From contig NGBS01000038.1 in assembly GCA_002245135.1 (NCBI GenBank), positions 1 through 61,851 of the forward strand: 61,851 bases of DNA. The letters are read 5' to 3'. Positions 53,920 through 61,851 of the stretch are shown here, in pieces. The notes below the pieces were generated by a model. It was not told the DNA's origin. It made no database searches and saw only the letters and a list, made by a program, of their open reading frames with translations. Position 1 is the first letter of the stretch. Each line of letters begins with the position of its first letter. Position numbers and translations under genes: made by a program. Source of the stretch: Proteromonas lacertae. Lineage: Eukaryota.

Positions 53920-54641
53920 TCAGAAGGAGAAGGCTTTACCATCTTGATCTTACCGTGAGAATGATTAAAGGGGAACTCATCATCAGCTTCAACATCGTCA
54001 GCATCTTCCTCCGACACATAGTCTGGATCAACCTCAAGGATTGGAATCTCATCATCATCATCGGAGGAGGAGGACTCGTGTTCACGGCTCTTGGAAGTCA
54101 CCTTACGGTATTGATTATATAGTCTAGCATAGTAACCAACATCATCCTCTTCCTCCTCTTTGGAATCACCTTTACCTCGTCCAAGATAGTTAACTACTGC
54201 GGCCCATACTTGTGGACTCCTCATTATATCCTTGACATTCTCTCCAACTGGAAGCTTTCCCTTTATATAATCCACTGCCTGATGAAGATTTGATGGAGCT
54301 GACTTACCATCAGATTCGGAACTCCTTTTGAAGTCAGGAATCTCAACACCGGCTTTATCAGCATGCTCTCGTATCAATTGAAAGGATGGGTTGTCCTTCT
54401 CAGCGATGTTAGCAACATCCCATGATAGTTGACGTAGAATACTTCTGGTCTCCTCGGAAGCTTCCTTTGTTAAGCTCATCACCTCCTTATACTTATTAGC
54501 CAGATCGATGATTGTTTTGTCTAAACGAGAAGATGTTGACCTGGGAGTCTTAGTTGATCTCCTTGCTAGTTCAGCATTTCGGAGAAGTACTTTTATAAAT
54601 ACACCATCTATTATCAAATCAAAGAAATTATTCTCATCCAA
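53895..54641 (-). CDS. Hypothetical protein with acidic C-terminus
   Basis: 248-codon intronless ORF (TTG start in the track), overlapping the next ORF by 25 nt. Confidence 0.55.
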   Translation of the reverse strand: MDENNFFDLIIDGVFIKVLLRNAELARRSTKTPRSTSSRLDKTIIDLANKYKEVMSLTKEASEETRSILRQLSWDVANIAEKDNPSFQLIREHADKAGVEIPDFKRSSESDGKSAPSNLHQAVDYIKGKLPVGENVKDIMRSPQVWAAVVNYLGRGKGDSKEEEEDDVGYYARLYNQYRKVTSKSREHESSSSDDDDEIPILEVDPDYVSEEDADDVEADDEFPFNHSHGKIKMVKPSPSEWYKCLQL

Positions 54642-55591
54642 AATATAACAGACAAAATTTTTTGACTTTTGGAGGATGTTAAACTGGAATATATAACTCA
54701 GAATTCATTTCGAAATTAGAATCTTTATTATAAACTATTAATATGTTTTCTAAATAGTTCTTCTAATTTATAATAAACTTCTAAATAACTATTATTATTT
54801 TTATTTTCACTATTTTCACTTTTCTTTATTAAACCATTCAATCCAATATCTGGAATTAATACATATTCATCTACTTTAACATATTTTAATAATACTTCAT
54901 ATACATAACTTTTATTAGATATATATAACATTATTTCTTTCTTTTTATTAGATGAAGAAACAGTGTTAGATATATTGAATGGAGATTTTGATTTAGGAAG
55001 TGGAAATACAATGGAATTCCATTTTATACAAGTCAATAAAGGCAAATACTAAATCGAATATTTCTGTTATATTTTCCTTCAAAGATTGAGTTCCATGTAT
55101 AACAGTAAAACTGATATTACTGTGAAATAAAATTATCAGCTTAACAAATACAAAAACAACATTAAGTTAAGGTTTGAATCAGAAAGTGATAAAAACTTTA
55201 GATGGCACAGTTTGTGAGGGTTTTGAAAATGAAGTTAAATTGTGAGTTAAATATGAAAAAGTAGTAATACAGATAGGTAAAACAGTACAGTATTACAGCA
55301 GCAGATATAAGAAACAGTTCCAGGTGTTATTAAATTGGACAAAACAGGATATTACTTTGCCCTAACTGTAAAAAGTGGAACTAAAATTCCAACTATCCAA
55401 CTAATTAAAGAGAAAGGTATAAAAGTATTTATTGCTATAAATGAGAAATCAGCTATATTTATATTAAATTTAGAAACAATGCATGGTGATGGTAAGTTGT
55501 ATTGCTTATAATAATATTTATTATACAGTTTACTGGTTAATTACTAAATTGTATAAGTAATTATCATATCATAGGTTAATATATCTTAACA

Positions 55592-56578
55592 TTATTTATG
55601 CAAATCATTAACTACATTCTTATCAAGTTTATGTAAATCTTCAATTGTAAATATTTTAGGATATAAACTACATTGAATATCTTTTGAATAATCTTCTAAA
55701 TATTGTTTAAATTTTTCATTTTTCATTATTTTATCTACATCATAATAAAATGGAAATACAATAACATTATTAATAACATAACATATATCATAATCTATAT
55801 CAATATCAAATTGACCAATATAATAATTACCTTCTCCACATCCTATTGATGTTGTAGTATTTTGAAAATATTTATTAAATATATTCATCTGAATATTATT
55901 AAACTTAATCACATTATTTTTCCATTTTGCATTATACATAATTGAATACCACACTAATTCATTGAATAATAGTTTATATAGAGGATGATTTTTATCTGAT
56001 TGTATTTTATTCTTGAAAAAATCCTTCATAATTTCAAATTCTCTTTTACTACATCTGTGACTTGTACAGAAATAAACATACTTAAATACTTCTTTAGAGA
56101 TAAATTCTAATTGAACTTTATCAATTGATTCATAATCTAATATTTTGTATTTTACAATATAATGTGATAAATGTGAATCTAATCGATCAACATTTAATTC
56201 AATATCATTTTCCAAATTTGATTCTTTACCTCTTTCACATGGAAAGAGATATTTCTTTATAAAATTAAAATAACCAAGAGTATTCACAGTTGTTTTAATA
56301 CAGTTTGTATAAATTTCATCCCAATAATTTCTATCTTTATAATATGCTTTATATATAGCTGCAAAATATAAATGTCTTGGTACTCGATTGTATAAAGAAA
56401 TAAGATTATCATCAATTGCATTTCCTAAATCTTCAGGTAAACAATTTTCTTTCCTTATTTTTATCTCTTTTTCATTACAAATATATAATAATAGTAAATA
56501 AAGGTTCTGGCACACCGAGCCGTATGACTCGGGCTCCTGGCACACCAAACCAAATTTTTTAAAATATTCTAATATCAT
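55592..56578 (-). pseudogene. Chimeric partial copy of the CR/RHS gene
   Basis: An unrelated N-terminus of about 32 aa is fused in frame to the duplicated C-terminal part; Walker A is missing. Confidence 0.7.
56493..56551 (+). other. Putative element terminus: AGTAAATAAAGG followed by CTGGCACACC direct repeats around a small hairpin
   Basis: CTGGCACACC at 56507-56516 and 56537-56546 flanks GAGCC-N10-GGCTC. The start resembles the reverse complement of the 2050 end (AGTATATAAATGG). Confidence 0.55.
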
Positions 56579-56580
56579 AT

Positions 56581-56888
56581 ATGGATAATCTAATTAAAGA
56601 AGAAGCAGAAAATGGTTTTGATTCTTTATATGAAATGTGTAATGTATATCTCAATAAGAAAGATGATGGGAGCAATGACTATCAAACATCAATTGAAATA
56701 GCATGTGAGATTATATTAAAATTAAAATAATTAAATGAAGAATATCATCTAGGATTAGATGATATGGTATTACATCAAATAGGAAGATTAGAAGGGAAAA
56801 AATAGCAAGTCAATATTTACAAAAAGAATTAGAAAAACAATTAAATGAAATAATACCAAGTTTAAACAATATGTTAAAAATCAAATAA
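56581..56888 (+). pseudogene. Decayed intronless ORF following the putative terminus
   Basis: MDNLIKEEAENGFDSLYEMCNVYL.. with one in-frame TAA and an A-run frameshift near 56800. Confidence 0.35.
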
Positions 56889-57429
56889 AAATTTATTAGT
56901 CTTCATATCTTCTTCATTTCTCAATTCATTCAAGAATAAATCACATAACTTTACATTATTATCACTTTCATATATTACATTACTACTCTTCATATTCTCA
57001 ACTACTATACCATTTTCATATAATATCATCAAAATATTACATAATCCACATAATAAACTCAAAATACCATCATTTGATATTCTCTCACTCTTAATAATCT
57101 CTTCTAAATCTCTCATATAGTACATTCTTTCTATTATCATCATATTACACCCGAAAACATGTATACGAAATGTAAATACAAAACAGAAACAATCACCTAA
57201 TAAACAGTTATTATCTAAGAATCTGAATATATTCTTCTCCTTCACTCCACTAATATCTATTAATTTGCTCCTTTTCATATCAATTTGATGATATGTGACA
57301 AAAACTATCTCAGAATTACTCTTTTCAACCCTATCTTTTATCTATAAAATAATATTTATAATATACTTTTATATCAGAAGGTAATAATGAGGATAACACA
57401 TCATCTTCCGAAGAATTTCTCAAAAACAT
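56874..57429 (-). pseudogene. Truncated pseudokinase
   Basis: MIIE..DLEEII..LCNILMILYENGIVVENMKSSNVIY..NVKLCDL resembles kinase subdomains V-VII but lacks HRD/DFG; the ORF stops shortly after. Confidence 0.65.
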
Positions 57430-57807
57430 TTTCAAACTTAAGTTTGATGTTTCTAAATCTTATCCGTTTCAAATAATTAAATGAATTATTTTTCTTCAAT
57501 AAAAACTGTATTATTAATCTTCTATTGTTTAGATTAGGAGAGATATATGTATAACCGTAAGAATATCACTGTAGGTGGGTAAACCGTACCAGACTATTCT
57601 TAGGTGCCTTCTACAGGTAAGAATAAGCGATTTGAGTGTAAATTAGTTTTTGGTACGGGTTATACTGGAGTAAGCGGTGAATTTAAAATTCTTTATATAT
57701 TTTTGTGTATGAGTTATTTTATGGGTTAAAATTTTTTCTTTTGTTTTTTGTATATAATTTCATTTAACTTTTTCTTTATGTTATTTATCAATCATAATTT
57801 CAAAAAA

Positions 57808-58145
57808 ATGTCAAGAATTTGGATCGAGAATGTTAATATAGAAGATAGAAATAAGTGTGAAGAATCTATGCAATCATTGAAAGTGAAGTAGCTAGAATAG
57901 TAGCTCAACCACCATCACCATCACCTCCAGTATTAATGTGGTATACATCTGATACAGCTGATGAGGATGACAGAAAGTATGAAGAATGGCGTGCAATTCA
58001 TAAACCAACTAGAGTAGCACAAGCAACCATACGTCCTAGAAAATGGGTTGATCCTGAAGAAGAGCGCAGAAAAACAAAGATGTTAAAGCGTTATGGTATT
58101 GATGAAAAGAACATCATTGAAGAAAGACTAAGATTTCATAACTAA
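57808..58145 (+). CDS. Hypothetical protein (one frameshift)
   Basis: MSRIWIENVNIEDRNKCEESMQ joins IIESEVARIVAQPPSPSPPVLMWYTSD.. if one A is restored near 57873. Confidence 0.5.
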
Positions 58146-58272
58146 TTCTTAAATCATTGGTTTTAATTGAATTTTATTTTTTGATTGGTTGAATAGAAAT
58201 AAACATAATATTACTTAATTCTTTTCATTCGTAAATTTCTTGCGATTTTTGAAATAATCTACATAAATTAAA

Positions 58273-58857
58273 ATGAGTGATATACAAAACGATTTGGATG
58301 CTAATATTGAAAAACACTTACAAGAAGGTGAAATGTATGAGAATGATATGTCTGAAGTAAAATCATTAATTATTAAAGTATTTAAGGATATGTTGGATGG
58401 TATGTATTCTGTGATTGAAGAGTATGAAGATGATCCAGAATGGAGTGAACAACCAGGTGATGATATTGATATAACAATGGAAGAAGAAGAAGTGAAGGAA
58501 GAAAAACAAAGTGAATCTAAATCTAAAAAAAGAAAGGATATAACAAAGTTAGATTTAGATTCACAGATATGTAGTACTTGTGGTAAGAAGAAAGCTAATG
58601 ATGAATTTGGTTATAAGAGTGAAGGTGTATTCTATAAATCTTGTACAGAGTGTAGAAATAAAAAGAAGAGAAGATATGAAGAAGTAAAGAAAGGAAGTGA
58701 TAATAGTGGAGAAGATAAGAATCGTAAAGTAGAGAATATTTCCACTGCCGAGGGTCGACCAAAGGTAGAGGTTACTACAGTAGATCGTTCTACAAGTCCT
58801 ATCCCGGGGGTAGCTACAGTAGATCTAACTACATCACCTACCTGTATAATTAATTAA
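58273..58857 (+). CDS. Hypothetical protein with CxxC..CxxC zinc finger
   Basis: ICSTCGKKKANDEF..YKSCTECRNKKKR; acidic N-terminus; short internal repeat VxTVDxxTSP x2. Confidence 0.65.
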   Translation: MSDIQNDLDANIEKHLQEGEMYENDMSEVKSLIIKVFKDMLDGMYSVIEEYEDDPEWSEQPGDDIDITMEEEEVKEEKQSESKSKKRKDITKLDLDSQICSTCGKKKANDEFGYKSEGVFYKSCTECRNKKKRRYEEVKKGSDNSGEDKNRKVENISTAEGRPKVEVTTVDRSTSPIPGVATVDLTTSPTCIIN

Positions 58858-58920
58858 CTTTGGTTTAAAATTCATTTTTATATTTCTATGCGTTTTTATA
58901 TATAAATAATATCACATAAT

Positions 58921-59304
58921 ATGCCATATAATTCATCATTAGTTATGCTAGGTGATATGAAAGATACTTTAAATGGTTTGAAACAAGAACTGTATATTTT
59001 ATTAGGTTGTGTAGTTCTATGGGTTCTTTATAAATGCAAGAGAATATGTGCATGGTGTTATCATAAAACCTGTCCTCCAGAATTAAGTGAAATATTAGCT
59101 GAGCCAGAACCTGCTGTTCAATTAGCATTACGATAATCTACTATTGTTTCTGCTATTCCATTTACTTTAACACCTGAAAATAGTAGAATAAATTCTAGAA
59201 ATGTTAGTGATAATGAAGATGAAGAACCATTAGAAACAGAAATAGAAATTATTCCTATTAATAAACCTGAGATTGAAATTCAAAAACCATTCATAAATAT
59301 TTAA
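58921..59304 (+). CDS. Small single-TM protein (in-frame TAA at 59134-59136)
   Basis: LYILLGCVVLWVLY TM plus Cys cluster; 55 more open codons follow the TAA. Confidence 0.5.
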
Positions 59305-59482
59305 TTTTATATAGTCTTTTATCTTATTTGATTTTTGAAAGTTATTTTTTGTACCCCCTTAAAAAATTACATAAAGAAAAACCGTTTTTTTTCATTCAGA
59401 CTTTTCTTACTCATTTTCAGTATTTTATTTTTTTCATTTTTTACTTTAATAGAAAATTAATTATTCAATCATTCAATCAAAA

Positions 59483-60629
59483 ATGCCAGCAGACAGAGTC
59501 AAACAACCAACCAATTCAGAATTATGCTCCCAGCTCCCATTAAAGGGACAGGCTTATGAGTTCTATCAGAAAGTGAGTCGTAACATCCAGCATTTAAAGA
59601 CATTTTGCGACGAAATGTATATTCAAAGTTTGGCTTATGATGACAGCAAAAAATCAAAGAAGAAGCAAAGTCCACCACAATTCAACTATATCGAATTAGA
59701 GAAGTCAGCTACAGCAGTTTATTATTGCTTTTCATGTAAGTTTGATAATCAGAAGTTAATTCCCATTAAACATCTAGAAACATTAGATCAAAATGAGTAT
59801 ATGAATTTATACTTTAGTGACGATGAGATGAAGAGTATAGTAAAACCAAATGTAAAACCGATTAAACCTTTTATTCAACCTCAGTTAAAACAACAACAAC
59901 AACCACAACAAGAACCACCACCACCAACTGTACCTCAAAAACCTAAAAGAGTTTATAAAAGAAGAACTGATACTGTAAAGAAACCTAAAACAAAAGCAGT
60001 TATTGATAGTGATGATGAATTAATTCATTTAAAGAAAAGAAAGATTGTTAAGGATTCTGATTTTGTTGACGAACCAGTGGGTATAATTGTGAAAGATACT
60101 GAATCAAGAACATCTGCTGATGATTTATTAAGTAGTCAAAGTCCTACCTTTACACCTCCAATGTCACCAAGGTCTGATACTACACTTCTTGATGTTACTG
60201 ATATTGATATTCTGGATGCTGAATTAAAATATTTTAATGCTGAATTAACTAAAAAAGATGAAGAAAAACAAAAAGAGATAGAAGAGAAAATTAAACATCA
60301 AGATGCTGAGAGAAAGAAACAAGAAGATGAAGAAAAAAAGAAAAAACAACAAGAAGAAGAAAGAGTTAGAAAAGTACAAGAAGAAGCAGAAAAGAAAAGA
60401 AAAGAAGAATTAGTTGTTATTAGAATGCCTTCAAGAAGAAGAGAATATGAGACAACAAGAAGAGTTAAGAAAGAAATGGGTATTAGAACAAAAGAGACAA
60501 ATGGAAGAAAAGATGAAAAAAGAAAACGATGAATTAGAAAAGAAGATGGAAGAAGAGTTTAAGAAAAGAATTGAAGAAGAGAAAAGAAAGAAAGCTGAAG
60601 AGTTTGAGAAGATGATGAAGAACTTATAA
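59483..60629 (+). CDS. Hypothetical protein with long E/K coiled-coil tail (one frameshift)
   Basis: ORFs 59483-60532 and 60414-60629 join through a +1 shift near 60413 and keep the E/K pattern. Confidence 0.6.
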
Positions 60630-60766
60630 GTATTAATATATACTTTAAATTTGTCTGGTTTATGCTTTAATCCATATACTTGAAAAGCACTTTGAATTCA
60701 TTACTTTTGATGAAAATTGGTGTTTGTTTTTTATGTAAAAATAACATAAATAAAAAACATAAAAAG

Positions 60767-61851
60767 TTATACGAAATCATTAAATAGTGAATTTTTCTTA
60801 TATACTCTACCATATCTACTTTTTCTACCTTCTGGTACTGGTTGAATATCTGGTTCTATAGGTTGTGCTTTATTGTTTATACTATGAATTTGTCTTAATC
60901 TAAACTTGCCATTTGTTGTAATACTATTAACTGGTACTCTTTTTATTTCATGTGATTTGAATCTATATGAACCTATATCTCTAGGATTGAATTCTTTAGG
61001 TATTGTTCCATCCAAGTTCTTAACAGAATATGAAAACGGTCCAACTTTGTGTATTTGGTATACTTTATCAGTATAATAAGTAGTTTTTTGAAGTTTGTTA
61101 TCTCTACGTTCTTTTATTCTGACAAAATCATCAGCTTTAAAATGAGTATCACTTTTACGCTTCTTTAAGTTTCTAGCATGGGATTCTTTATACAATCTAT
61201 CTTGAACTTCAAAATCATTGAATACTTCATTTGGAGTTAGATTATTGAGTGCAGAATGTGGCTTTGCATTGTAATCATCTACAACAGTATATACTATATT
61301 ACACAATGATTCAATATTGTTAATTTTATCAAAATTCTTCATCAGAAAATGTATTAATTTTTCTATAAAACATATCTTTAATAGTTCTCACACATCGATC
61401 CAATATTTTCATTATATTATGTTCATTACGTTCTTTAAGTATAAATCGTATATGATTTTTATTAAACAAATCTAAAAATTTCTTACCATAGATAATACCA
61501 GACTCTTCATCTGACAAATATACTTCCTACAAAACGAGCGTTTTCATCCTTAGGTTGCATACCCTGATAAAACCATTTTTCAAACACTGGATACACATCA
61601 TTTTCTGATTTAGATTTAACATAATATATCCAACACTTACGACTAACAACTTCTATAATTAACAAAAATGGAACTTTTGTATTGTTGAAAAACACCAAAT
61701 CTATTTGATATGACCCAAGGTAACTTTTCAATTTCATATTTAATTCTATTCCTTTTAGTTGCAGTGATTTGATAATCTGTTTAGACTCTACAAGTTCACT
61801 ACTAGCTTTTTTAATATCAGATTTTTTAAAGTTATTCTCAAGTTCATTTAC
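60767..61851 (-). CDS. Maverick/Polinton-type retroviral-like (rve) integrase, 5' truncated, two frameshifts
   Basis: YQIDLVF..LLIIEVVSRKCW..KSK, SDEES, ILDRCVRTIK, YNAKPHSAL..TP, FKADDFVRI and C-terminal RKSRYGRVYKK. Extra T in T-runs near 61516 and 61332; frame open to the window end. Confidence 0.88.

Larger units (their letters stand above)
53219..54690 (-). mobile_element. GC-richer, intronless fragment of a probable Maverick/virus-like element
   Basis: Composition and codon style resemble block 1-2050; two overlapping ORFans; starts exactly at the inner edge of the inverted arm. No hallmark gene; right boundary approximate. Confidence 0.55.
52269..56484. repeat. Long inverted duplication: arms 52269-53218 and 55535-56484 (950 bp), 2316-bp spacer
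   Basis: The 3' half of ORF 51572-53161 and its 3' flank reappear reverse-complemented; the translated ICNEKEIK...NDLHK is identical in both. Confidence 0.97.
57530..61851. mobile_element. Integrase-encoding Maverick/Polinton-like element (left part; runs off the window)
   Basis: Maverick-type rve integrase plus four convergent intronless ORFans and a structured non-coding leader; left boundary approximate, TIR/TSD not checkable. Confidence 0.7.

Noticed and set aside
54728..55530. Short ORF fragments in the AT-rich half of the spacer
   Set aside because: No start context or recognisable motifs; probably broken host-gene pieces that cannot be called.
56507..56546. CTGGCACACC repeat-spacer-repeat as a mini-CRISPR
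   Set aside because: Only two 10-nt repeats with a self-complementary spacer; better read as a terminal cassette.
57605..57655. U1 snRNA or Sm-site RNA (CTTACCTG on minus; T-rich TTTTTGG on plus)
   Set aside because: The motifs are on opposite strands and the U1 stem-loops are not evident.
1..61851. Genome-wide stop-codon reassignment (TAA as sense)
   Set aside because: Conserved genes end at TAA at the expected positions and long ORFs have no internal TAA/TAG.

Overview
Very AT-rich, gene-dense eukaryotic (protist) genomic DNA with short GT-AG introns (mostly about 25-60 nt, many with TA/TAT microsatellites). The host is flagellated (GAS8/DRC4, WDR60), appears to keep the minor spliceosome (RNPC3) and complex I assembly (NDUFAF7), and has a PKD2-RyR channel of the type known from oomycetes. 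A stramenopile such as Proteromonas would fit, but that is inference only. Host core (4.4-48 kb): giant PKD1-like REJ/GPS protein with an inserted tetraspanin module, glycosyltransferase-like protein, C2 protein, LRR protein, Cu P1B-ATPase, pseudo-DUSP, Tubby, Sin1-CRIM+FYVE protein, GAS8, RPS18, NDUFAF7, BTB, PKD2-RyR, RNPC3, WDR60, plus a single 5S rRNA gene at 3.9 kb. Both ends of the window and two internal patches carry Maverick/Polinton-like DNA (protein-primed PolB pieces, a Maverick-type integrase, intronless ORFans), next to a tandem Crinkler/RHS-type NTPase-REase gene. The most striking signal is at the end of the pPolB element: CCGTAGG iterons followed by a 203-nt fold-back hairpin with roughly 10-nt-periodic mismatches, ending 6 nt inside an AGT-type terminus. 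This terminus, and a second similar one at 56493, each abut a long and apparently perfect inverted duplication of flanking DNA (614 and 950 bp). Several single-base homopolymer frameshifts suggest residual long-read errors, so structural claims need read-level checks. All family assignments come from motif recognition, not database searches.
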